This document shows, one piece after another, positions 32,337 through 41,893 of a stretch of 64,000 nucleotides of DNA. The stretch comes from the human T2T-CHM13v2.0 reference genome, Homo sapiens. The stretch lies in NCBI RefSeq assembly GCF_009914755.1, contig NC_060930.1; one strand, 5' to 3'. Under the pieces are notes generated by a model, which was not told the DNA's origin, did not search any database, and saw nothing but the letters and a program-made list of their open reading frames with translations. Both the position numbers and the translations under genes were made by a program. The stretch's first letter is position 1. Every line of letters starts with the position of its first letter.

Positions 32337-32469
32337 TGAGGTGACCCTGTCTCCCTGTTTGTCTAGAAGCATCCTGTTTATCCTTATTGTTTTGGCATAA
32401 TTAGTCATCATGCCAGCTTTTCTTCTCAAAAGTGTCCCAGTTTAGAATATAAACTAAGTAGTTACCTTA
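32337..32469 (-). mobile_element. MER94 (hAT-Blackjack) non-autonomous DNA transposon
   Basis: Degenerate TIRs TGAGGTGACC / TAGTTACCTTA; core CTCAAAAGTGTCCCAGTTTAG; ~133 bp. Confidence 0.7.
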
Positions 32470-32594
32470 CCTACATGCCACATTTTTCATTCATCACTTA
32501 TAATTGACTGGACCAATGTGAGCAGCTGATCCATATATTGAACAGAGCCAATAGATTGTCTACATAACTTTATCTAAAATATGGAGTGTAGAGT

Positions 32595-33176
32595 TGTATA
32601 AGTTATCTAAGCTGCATAACAAATTACCTAAAATCATAGTGGCTTAAAACAACAAGATTTATTATTTCACATTTCTGCAGGCCAGGAATCCAGGTATGAT
32701 TCCTTCAGAGTCTATCACTATAATAAGCTGTTCAGCAGTGGCTACGGTCATCCTAAGGCTCAACTGAAGAAGCATCAACATTCAGGTCACTTATGTGGTT
32801 GTTGGCAGGATTCAGTTCCTCACAAGCTGTTAGATTACGTACTTCAGTTTCTTACTGGCTGCTGGCAGGAGGCTGCCCTTGGTTTCTTGCTACATGGGTC
32901 TCTTCCAAAAAACAGATCCCAAGAAGGTAGCTTGCCCCCATCAAAGTGAATAAATGAGAAGAGCCAAAGAGAGAGTGAGAGAGAGCAAACAAGACAATAT
33001 CCACAACCTTTTTTAAAACCCGATCTTGGATTTTATATCCCACCTCTTTTGCCATATTCTGTATGTTTGAAGTAAATCACTATGACCAGTCCACACTCAA
33101 AGGGAGGGGACTACACAGGGCATGAATACCAGGAGACAGGAATCATTGAGAACTATTTTAAAGGCTGCCTACCACA
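32595..33176 (-). mobile_element. MLT1(E/F/G-like) MaLR solo LTR
   Basis: GCTGCATAACAAATTACC...GTGGCTTAAAACAACA start; GCTGCCTACCACA end. Confidence 0.8.
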
Positions 33177-33444
33177 CAAAGAGACTATAATCAAATAGTG
33201 GAGTTGAAAAGTCCAACAAAATTAGAGATAGATATGAAATGTGGCAAACCAATGTCATGAGTAAACTGCAGTTATGGAGTAGAAATAATTAAAAAGTAAA
33301 AAGATAAGAGTTGAAAAAAATAATGAAACAGATGCAAATACATCTGTTCAGAGTCTAGAGACTATTGTTGAAGGGTAATTCAGAGACACTTAAAAATTTC
33401 TTATGCAAATTATTTACATTTGAAGGAATCAGGTGGTAGACTAC

Positions 33445-33909
33445 TGTATTAATCAGGATTTCCTAAGACACAGCACCAGTGGGTCACATATAGATATTTA
33501 AAAGATTTATCATTGGAATTAGCACATGCAATTATGAAGACCAAGAAGTCCCATAATCTGCCATCCACATGCTGGAGAACCAGGAAACCTGGTGGAATAA
33601 ATCAGTCCAAGTCCAAAGCCCTGAGAACTAGAAGCTCTAACATTCTAGATGAGGAAAAAATAGCTGTCCCAGCTCAAGAAGAAAGAATAAAATTGCCCTT
33701 TCTTCTCTGTTTTCTTTTTGTCCTATTCAGGCCCTCAATGGATTGTATGATCCCCATCCAATTGAGGGTGGATATTCTTTATGCAATCTACTGATTCAAA
33801 AGGTAATCTTTTCTGGAAACACTCATAGACATACCCAGAAATAATGCTTTACCAGCTATCTGGGCATCCTGTAGCCCAGTCAAGTCGACATGCAAAATTA
33901 AGGATCACA
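33445..33909 (-). mobile_element. MLT2-family solo LTR
   Basis: TGTATTAATCAGG start; CCAGTCAAGTCGACATGCAAAATTAAGGATCACA end; TSD ACTAC/ACTGC. Confidence 0.85.
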
Positions 33910-34259
33910 ACTGCCTCAGGAAGTGAAAGCAAAACAGGATTCAAAGAGTGAAAAGGGGGATGAAAAAAACCGCAGACAGTATGGGTGAAAAAAAATCTCA
34001 CTTGTACATTTCTAGGGTAAACTGATTAGCTGCCAGCTAGCAAAGAGGTCAGTCAAGGCATTAGGTCCTTGATCAGGCTGACTAGGTAGATCAAGGAAAG
34101 CAATTTCACTTCTCTAGAAAACCTTGAGAGTTTATCTTTAAAACAAATGTGATAGTTGCCAGTGTATAAATTCTGCCAAGTCCATTTAAGCCTCCTTCTT
34201 CAACTATTTATACTTTTATTCTTTTGTCAGAGCTTTTCACCATGTAACTCCAAACTTAC

Positions 34260-34671
34260 TGTCAGGCCTCTGAGCCCAAGCTAAGCCATCATATCCCCTG
34301 TGACCTGCACATACACATCCAGATGGCCAATTCCTGCCTTAACTGATGACATTCCACCACAAAAGAAGTGAAAATGGCCTGTTCCTGCCTTAACTGATGA
34401 CACTGTCTTGTGAAATTCCTTCTCCTGGCTCATCCTGGCTCAAAAGCTCCCCCACTGAGTACCTGGCGACTCTCACTCTGCCTGCCAGAGAAAAACTCCC
34501 CTTTGACTGTAATTTTCCTTTATCTACCCAAATCTTATAAAATGGCCCCACCCTTATCTCCCTCCCCTGACTTTCTTTTCAGACTCAGCCCACCTGCACC
34601 AGGTGAAATAAACAGCCATGTTGCTCACACAAAGCCTGTTTGGTGGTCTCTTCACACAGACGTGCATGAAA
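34260..34671 (+). promoter_or_regulatory. 5' LTR7 (412 bp)
   Basis: TGTCAGGCCTCTGAGCCCAAG start; repeat TTCCTGCCTTAACTGATGACA x2 (34331-34351, 34382-34402); TATAAAA 34536-34542; GT/KLF box CCCCACCC 34546-34553; AATAAA 34607-34612. Confidence 0.95.
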
Positions 34672-34673
34672 TT

Positions 34674-34691
34674 TGGTGCTGTGACTCGGAT
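34674..34691 (+). other. Primer-binding site for tRNA-His
   Basis: TGGTGCTGTGACTCGGAT versus expected TGGTGCCGTGACTCGGAT (one CpG-type mismatch), directly after the 5' LTR. Confidence 0.92.
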
Positions 34692-34814
34692 CGGGGGACC
34701 TCTCTTGGGAGATCAATCCCCTGTCCTCCTGCTCTTTGCTCCGTGAGAAAGATCCACATATGACCTCAGGTCCTTAAACCAACCAGCCCAAGAAACATCT
34801 CACCAATTTCAAAT

Positions 34815-34823
34815 CCAGTAAGC
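34815..34823 (+). promoter_or_regulatory. HERV-H leader major splice donor (CCA|GTAAGC)
   Basis: GT at 34818-34819, ~150 nt after the LTR, where the HERV-H donor (CCG|GTAAGC) normally lies. Confidence 0.7.
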
Positions 34824-35275
34824 GGCCTCTTTTTACTCTCTTCTCCAACCTCCCTCACTATCCCTTAACCTCTTTCTCCTTTCAATCTTGGTGCCACACT
34901 TCAGTCTCTCCCTTCTCTTAATTTCAATTCCTTTCATTTTCTGGTAGAGACAAAGGAGACACATTTTATCTGTGGACCCAAAACTCTGGCGCCGGTCACG
35001 GACTAGGGAAGGCAGCCTTCCCTGGGTGTTTAATCATTGCAGGGACACCTCTCTGATTATTCACCAAAGTTTCAGAGGTGTCAGACCACGCAGGGATGCC
35101 TGCCTTGGTCCTTCACCCTTAGCGGCAAGTCCCGCTTTTCTGGGGAAGGGGCAAGTACCCCAACTCCTTCTCTCCCTGTCTCTACCACTTCTTCACCTTT
35201 CTAGGGGGCAAGAAACCCCCAACCCCTTCTTCACCCTTAGCAGCAAGTCCCACTTTTCTAGGGGAGAGGCAAGTA

Positions 35276-35440
35276 CCCCAACCCCTTATATCTCTCTGCC
35301 CCGATCCCTTAATTCCGTGCCCCAACCCCTTATATCTCTGTGCCCCGATCCCTAATTTCCGCACCCCAACCCCTTATATGTCTGCGCCCCGATCCCTTAT
35401 TTCCGTGCCCTGACCTCATATCTCTGTGCCTCGACCCCTT
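35276..35440 (+). repeat. 44-bp tandem repeat (~3.7 copies) in the HERV-H pre-gag leader
   Basis: Units start at 35276, 35320, 35364 and 35408; consensus CCCCAACCCCTTATATCTCTGTGCCCCGATCCCTTATTTCCGTG. Confidence 0.88.
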
Positions 35441-35526
35441 TCCCACTTTTCTGGAGGGTAAGAACCCCCGAACCCCTTCCCTCCCTGTCTCTACTCTCTC
35501 TTTTCTCTAGGCTTGCCTCCTTCACT

Positions 35527-37083
35527 ATAGGCAACCTTCCACCCTCCATTCCTCCTTCTTCTCCCTTAGCCTGTGTTCTTAAGAACTTAAAATCTCTTCA
35601 ACTCTCACCTGACCTAAAATCTAAGCACCTTATTTTCTTCTGCAACACCGCTTGGCCCCAATACAAACTTGACAATGGCTCTAAATGGCCAGAAAATGGC
35701 ACTTTCGATTTCTCCTTCCTACAAGACCTAAATAATATTTGTCGAAAAATGGGCAAATAGTCTGAGGTGCCTTGCGTCCAGGCATTTTTCACACTTCGTT
35801 CCCTCCCTAGTCTCTGTTCCCAATGCGATTCCTCCCAGATCCTCCTTCTTTCCCTCCCGCCTGTCCCCTCAGTCCCAACCGCAAGTGTCACTGAATCTTT
35901 CAAGTCTTCCTTTCCTACAGACCCATCTGACCTTTCCTCTCTTCCCCAGGCTGCTCGTCGCCAGGCCGAGCTAAGTCCCAATTCCTCCTCAGCCTCCGCT
36001 CCTCCACCCTATGATCCTTCTACCACCTACCCTCCTCACACCCGGTCCGGCTTACAGCTTAGTTCCGTGACTAGTTCTTCCCCACCTGCCCAACAATTTC
36101 CTCTTAGAGAGGTGGCTGGAGCTGAAGGCATAGTCAGGGTACATGTACCTTTTTCTCTATCAGACCTCTCTCAGATCAGTCAGTGTTTAGGCTCTTTCTC
36201 ATCAGACCCCACTAAATATGTACAGGAATTCCAATATCTAACTCTGTCCTGCAATTTAACCTGGAGTGACTTAAATATCATCCTGACTTCTACCCTCTCC
36301 CCAGATGAACAGGAAAGAGTTTTTTCCCTAGCCCAATCTCACGCTGATAACCGCTGGCTTCATGAGCCAGACCTCCAGGAAGGCATTAGAGCAGTTCCCC
36401 AAGAAGATCCCCAAAGGAACTACCAGGCAAATTCCCCAGGTATAGCTAGGCGAGATTACATGGTTTCCTGCCTAGTTGAAAGGCTTAAAAAGGCAGCTTA
36501 CAAAGCTGTTAATTATGACAAGCTTCAAGAAACTACCCGAGGTAAAGATGAAAACCCAGCCCAGTTCATGGCCCGCTTAGCGGCAAGCCTTAGACGCTTT
36601 ACCACCCTAGACCCAGAGGGGCCAGAAGGCCGCCTTATTCTTAATATACATTTTATTATCCAATCTGCTCCCGACATTAAATAAAACTCCAAAAATTAAA
36701 TTCCGGCCCTCAAACCCCACAACAGGATTTAATTAACCTCGCCTTCAAGGTGTACAATAATAGAAACAAGTTGCAATTCCTTGCCTCCACTGTGAGACAA
36801 ACCCCAGCCACATCTCCAGCACACAAGAACTTCCAAATGCCTGAACCGCAGTGGCCAGGCGTTCCTCCAGAACCTCCTCCCACAGGAGCTTGCTACAAGT
36901 GTCAGAAATCTGACCACCAGGCCAAGGAATGCCTGCAGCCCAGGATTCCTCCTAAGCCACGTCCCATCTGTGCAGGACCCCACTGGAAATCGGACCGTTC
37001 AACTCACCTGGCAGCCACTCCCAGAGCCCCTGGAACTCTGGCCCAAGGCTCTCTGACTCCTTCTTGGCTTAGCAGCTGAAGAC
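35527..37083 (+). pseudogene. gag: HERV-H gag (MA-p12-CA-NC), disrupted
   Basis: ATA-GGC-AAC in place of ATG-GGC-AAC at 35527; CNTAWPQY...WPENGTFD matrix motif; TAG at 35758; PPPY late domain and QETTRGKDENPAQF MHR-like region in ORF 35767-36684; CCHC knuckle CYKCQKSDHQAKEC in ORF 36750-37079 (different frame). Confidence 0.92.
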
Positions 37084-37119
37084 TGACGCTGCCGGATCGC
37101 CTCGGAAGCCCCACAGACC

Positions 37120-37500
37120 ATCACGGATGCCGAGCTTCGGGTAACTCTCACAGTGGAAGGTTAAGTCCGTCCCCTTAGTCAATACGGAGGCTACCCACTC
37201 CACATTACCTTCTTTTCAAGGGCCTGTTTCCCTTGCCTCCATAACTGTTGTGGGTATTGACGGCCAGGCTTTTAAACCCCTGAAAACTCCCCCACTCTGG
37301 TGCCAACTTGGACAACACTCTTTTATGCACTCTTTTTTAATTATCCCCACCTGCCCAGTTCCCTTATTAGGCTGAGATATTTTAACCAAATTAGCTGCTT
37401 CCCTGACTATTTCTAGGCTACAGCCACACCTCATTGCCACCTTTTCCCTAGTTCAAAGCTTCCTTCACATCCTCGTCTCATATCCCTCCACCTTAACCCA
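37120..37500 (+). pseudogene. pro: HERV-H protease remnant
   Basis: NTEAT in place of the DTGA active site; IPTCPVPLLG motif; frameshifts. Confidence 0.75.
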
Positions 37501-39310
37501 CAAGTATAAGATACCTCTATTCCCTCCTTGGTGACCAATCACACACCCCTTACCATCTCATTAAAACCTAATCACCCTTACTTCCCTCAATGCCAATATC
37601 CCATCCCACAGCACACCTTAAAAAGATTAAAGCCTGTTATCACTCGCCTGCTACAGCATGGCCCTTTAGAGCCTATAAACTCTCCTTACAATTCCCCCAT
37701 TTTACCTGTCCTAAAACCAGACAAGGCTTACAGGTTAGTTCAGAATCTGCGCCTTATCAACCAAATTGTTTTGCCTATCCACCCCGTGGTGCCAAACCCG
37801 TATACTCTCCTATCCTCAGTACCTCCCTCTACAACCCATTATTCTGTTCTGGATCTCAAACATGCTTTCTTTACTATTCCTTTGCACCCTTCATCCCAGC
37901 CCCTCTTCGCTTTCACCTAGACTGACCCTGACACCCATTAGGCTCAGCAAATTACCTGGGATGTACTGCCGCAAGGCTTCACAGACAGACCCCATTACTT
38001 CAGTCAAGAACAAATTTCATCCTCATCTGTTACCTATCTCAGCATAATTCTCATAAAAACACACGTGCTCTCCCGCTGATCGTGTCCAATTAATCTCCCA
38101 AACCTCGATCCCTTACAAAACAACAACTCCTTTCCTTCCTAGGCATGGTTAGTGCGGTCAGAATTCTTACAGAAGAGCCAGGACCACACCCTGTAGCCTT
38201 TCTGTCCAAATAACTTAACCTTACTGTTTTAGCCTAGCCCTCATGTCTGCGTGCAGCAGCTGCCGCTGCATTAGTACTTTTAGAGGCCCTAAAAATCACA
38301 AACTATGCTCAACTCACTCCCTACATTTCTCATAACTTCCAAATCTATTTTCTTCCTCATACTTGACGCATATACTTTCTGCTCCCCGGCTCCTTCAGCT
38401 GTACTCACTCTTTGTTAAGTCCCACAATTACCATTATGCCTGGCCCGGACTTCAATCCGGCCTCCCACATTATTCCTGATACCACACCTGACCCCCATGA
38501 CTGTATCTCTCTGATCCACCTGACATTCACCCCATTTCCCCATATTTCCTTCTTTCCTATTCCTCACCCTGATCACGCTTGATTTATTGATGGCAGTTCC
38601 ACCAGGCCTAATCTCCACACACCAGCAAAGGCAGGTTATGCTATAGTACAAGCCACTAGCCCGCCTCTTTGAACCTCTCATTTCCTCTCCATCGTGGAAA
38701 TCTATCCTCAAGGAAATAACTTCTCAGTGTTCCATCTGCTATTCTACTACTCCTCAAGGATTATTCAGGCCCCCTCCCTTCCCTACACATCAAGCTCGAG
38801 GATTTGCCCCACCCAGGACTGGCAAATTAGCTTTACTCAACATGCCCCGAGTCAGATAACTAAAATACCTCTTAGTCTAGGTAGACACTTTCACTGGATA
38901 GGTAGAGGCCTTTCCTACAGGGTCTGAGAAGGCCACTGCAGTCATTTCTTCCCTTCTGTCAGACATAATTCCTCAGTTTAGCCTTCCCACCTCAATACAG
39001 TCTGATAACAGACCTGCCTTTATTAGTCAAATCAGCCAAGCAGTTTTTCAGGCTCTTGGTATTCAGTGAAACCTTTATATCCCTTACAGTCCTCAGTCTT
39101 CAGGAAAAGTAGAACGGACTAAAGGTCTTTTAAAACCACACCTCACCAAGCTCAGCCACCAACTTAAAAAGGACTGGACAATCCTTTTACCACTTTCCCT
39201 TCTCAGAATTCAGGCCTGTCCTCGGAATGCTGCAGGGTACAGCCCATTTGAGCTCCTGTATAGACGCTCCTTTTTATTAGGCCCCAGTTTCATTCCAGAC
39301 ACCAGACCAC
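37500..39310 (+). pseudogene. pol: HERV-H pol remnant (RT N-terminus, partial RNase H, integrase core) with internal deletions
   Basis: NSPYNSPILPVLKP...YRLVQNLR...VLDLKHAFF; no YxDD segment seen; FIDGSS; *VDTFTG*VEAFP; IQSDN; PQSSGKVER. Confidence 0.9.
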
Positions 39311-39889
39311 CTTAGACTGTGCCCCAAAAAAACTTGTCATCCCCACTATCTTCTGTCTAGTCATACTCCTATTCACCGTTCTCAACTACTCATACATGCC
39401 CTGCTCTTGTTTACACTGCCAGTTTACACAGTTTCTCCAAGCCATCACAGCTGATATCTCCTGGTTCTATCCCCAAACTGCCACTCTTAACTCTTGAAGT
39501 AAATAAATAATCTTTGCTGGCAGGACTATGCTGAATCTCCTTAGGCACTGTCTAATCAGATGTCCTGAGTCGTCCCAATTCTTCGATCTTTTATACCTGT
39601 TTTTCTCCTTCTCTTCTTCCATTTAGTTTTTCAATTCATAGAAAACTGTATCCAGGCCATCACCAATAATTCTAAATGACAAATGTTCCTTCTAACAACC
39701 CCACAATATCACTCCTTACCACAAAATCTTCCTTCAGCTTAATCTCTCCCACTCTAGGTTCCCACACCACCCCAATCCCGCTTGAAGCAGCCCTGAGAAG
39801 CATCGCCCATTATCTCTCCATACCACCCCCAAAAATTTTCACTGTCCCAACACTTCAACACTATTTCATTTTATTTTTCTTATTAATAT

Positions 39890-39902
39890 AAGAAGACAGG
39901 AA
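39890..39902 (+). other. Polypurine tract
   Basis: AAGAAGACAGGAA immediately before the 3' LTR. Confidence 0.85.
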
Positions 39903-40294
39903 TGTCAGGCCTCTGAGCCCAAGCTAAGCCATCATATCCCCTGTGACCTGCACATACACATCCAGATGGCCGATTCCTGCCTTAACTGATGACATTCCAC
40001 CACAAAAGAAGTGAAAATGGCCTGTTCCTGCCTTAACTGATGACATTGTCTTGTGAAATTCCTTCTCCTGGCTCATCCTGGCTCAAAAGCTCCCCCACTC
40101 TGCCCGCCAGAGAACAACTCCCCTTTGACTGTAATTTTCCTTTATCTACCCAAATCCTATAAAATGGCCCCACCCTTATCTCCCTTCCCTAACTCTCTTT
40201 TCGGACTCAGCCCACCTGCACCCAGGTGAAATAAACAGCCATGCTGCTCACACAAAGCCTGTTTGCTGGTCTCTTCACACGGATGCACATGAAA
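39903..40294 (+). promoter_or_regulatory. 3' LTR7 (392 bp) with poly(A) signal
   Basis: Homologous to the 5' LTR, with a 21-bp deletion after 40099; AATAAA 40230-40235. Confidence 0.95.
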
Positions 40295-40549
40295 CTTAAC
40301 ACAGTCAGATGACTTACCATGTTTCCAAAGTTCCCACTATATTTTAGAATCCATGCCATGAAATCCCTCTGGGTTTATTGTGTTTAAGCTAATTCTGATG
40401 GATTTTTGTTCCTCCAACCAAAGAGTCTTCACTAAAGCAATTTGACTGAGTTATTGAAAAGATTAAATAACATAGTGTGGATAAATTATGTGGAACTTAA
40501 TTGGAACCTATAAGTAGTAGTTGTTTTCAAGCTATGAGTACAATTATTG

Positions 40550-41893
40550 AAGAGACTAGACAGATGGAAACATGTGCATGAGAAAGTGAAGAAGTGATTA
40601 AACAATCTCAAAATCGTATCTCATGAAGAATGACTGAAGGAGCCAGAGAGTTTAGCCAGGACAAGAGAATCTCAGATGGTATATGGCTTTTTTTCTAAAT
40701 GCTGACAGTCAATCATATAAATGATGATTCCATAGACAGACATAAAAGCATAAACCTATGAGGAAGCTGTGAGAGGGTAGATGAAAGTGTTTTAGGGGGT
40801 AGGGCTTTCTTCAGCATGGAAAGAATTCAAGCATAAGCAGCTTGTTGGAAACGCTATATATTAAAACCAGATTGTGGGGGAAAAGAAAGATCAGATTGTT
40901 ACTGTGTCTGTGTAGAAAGAAGTAGACATAGGAGACTCCATTTTGTTCTGTACTAAAAAAAAATTCTTCTGCCTTGAGATACTGTTAATCTGTAACCCTA
41001 CCCCCAATCCTGTGCTCCCTGAAACATGTGCTGTGTCAACTCAGGGTTAAATGGATTGAGGGCTGTGCAGGTGTGCTTTGTTAAACAAATGCTTGAAGGC
41101 AGCATGCTTGTTAAGAGTCATCACCACTCCCTAATCTCAAACCAGTCCCTAATCTCAAGTACGCAGAGACACAAAACACTGCGGAAGGCCGCAGGGACCT
41201 CTGCCTAAGAAAGCCAGATATTGTCCAAGGTTTCTCCCCATGTGATAGTATGAAATATGGCCTCATGGGAAGGGAAAGACCTGACCGTCCCCCAGCCCGA
41301 CACCTGTAAAGGGTCTGTGCTGAGGAGGATTAGTAAAAGAGAAAGGAACACCTCTTTGCAGTTGAGATAAAAGGAAGGCTTCTGTCTCCTGCTGGTCCCT
41401 GGGCAATGGAATGCCTCGGTGTAAAGCCGACGTATATTCCATCTACTGAGATAGGGGAAAACTGCCTTAGGGCTGGAGGTGGGACATGCTGGCAGCAATA
41501 CTGCTCCTTAAGTCATTGAGATGTTTATGTATATGCACATCAAAAGCACAGCACTTTTTTCTTTACCTTGTTTATGATGCAGAGACATTTGTTCATGTGT
41601 TTACCTGCTGTCCTTCTCTCCACTATTATCCTATGATCCTGCCACATCCCCCTCTCTGAGAAACACCCAATAATGATCAATAAATACTAAGGGAACTCAG
41701 AGGCCGGTGTGGATCCTCTGTATGCTGAACGCCGGTCCCCTGGGCCCCCTTTTTCTTTCTCTATACTTTGTGTCTCTTTCTTTTCCAAGTCTCTCATTCC
41801 ACCTAACGAGAAACACCCACAGGTGTGGAGGGGCAACCTACCCCTTCACCAGATGATACATAAGGTCTTTTCAATCCTAAACTTATATGATTT
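40550..41893 (+). mobile_element. L3/CR1 3' fragment split by the LTR5 insertion
   Basis: TCATGAAGAATGACTGAAGGAG...TTTAGCCAGGACAAGAGAA before the LTR; CAGATGATACATAAGGTCTTTTCAATCCTAA...TATGATT terminus after it. Confidence 0.55.
40873..41848 (+). mobile_element. HERV-K(HML-2) solo LTR, LTR5B-like (976 bp)
   Basis: TGTGGGGGAAAAG...AGATCAGATTGTTACTGTGTC start; ...CCCCTTCA end; perfect 6-bp TSD CCAGAT (40867-40872 / 41849-41854); ATGCAGAG rather than the LTR5_Hs ATGCAAAG. Confidence 0.93.

Larger units (their letters stand above)
34260..40294 (+). mobile_element. HERV-H provirus (LTR7-HERVH-int-LTR7), ~6.0 kb common deleted type
   Basis: Two homologous LTRs, His PBS, PPT, gag/pro/pol remnants, env essentially deleted; flanks CTTAC (34255-34259) / CTTAA (40295-40299) form a 5-bp TSD with one mismatch. 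Confidence 0.97.

Noticed and set aside
34674-34691. tRNA-His gene
   Set aside because: Only the 18-nt complement of the tRNA 3' end (PBS); no tRNA body.
35276-35440. Regularly spaced repeats as a CRISPR-like array
   Set aside because: Head-to-tail tandem units with no unique spacers, within a retroviral leader in eukaryotic DNA.
39330-39890. Functional HERV-H env
   Set aside because: Only ~0.55 kb remains between pol and the PPT, with no long ORF, furin site or immunosuppressive domain visible.
40873-41848. Human-specific LTR5_Hs
   Set aside because: The CCCCTTCA end, ATGCAGAG and visible CpG decay fit the older LTR5B/A type.
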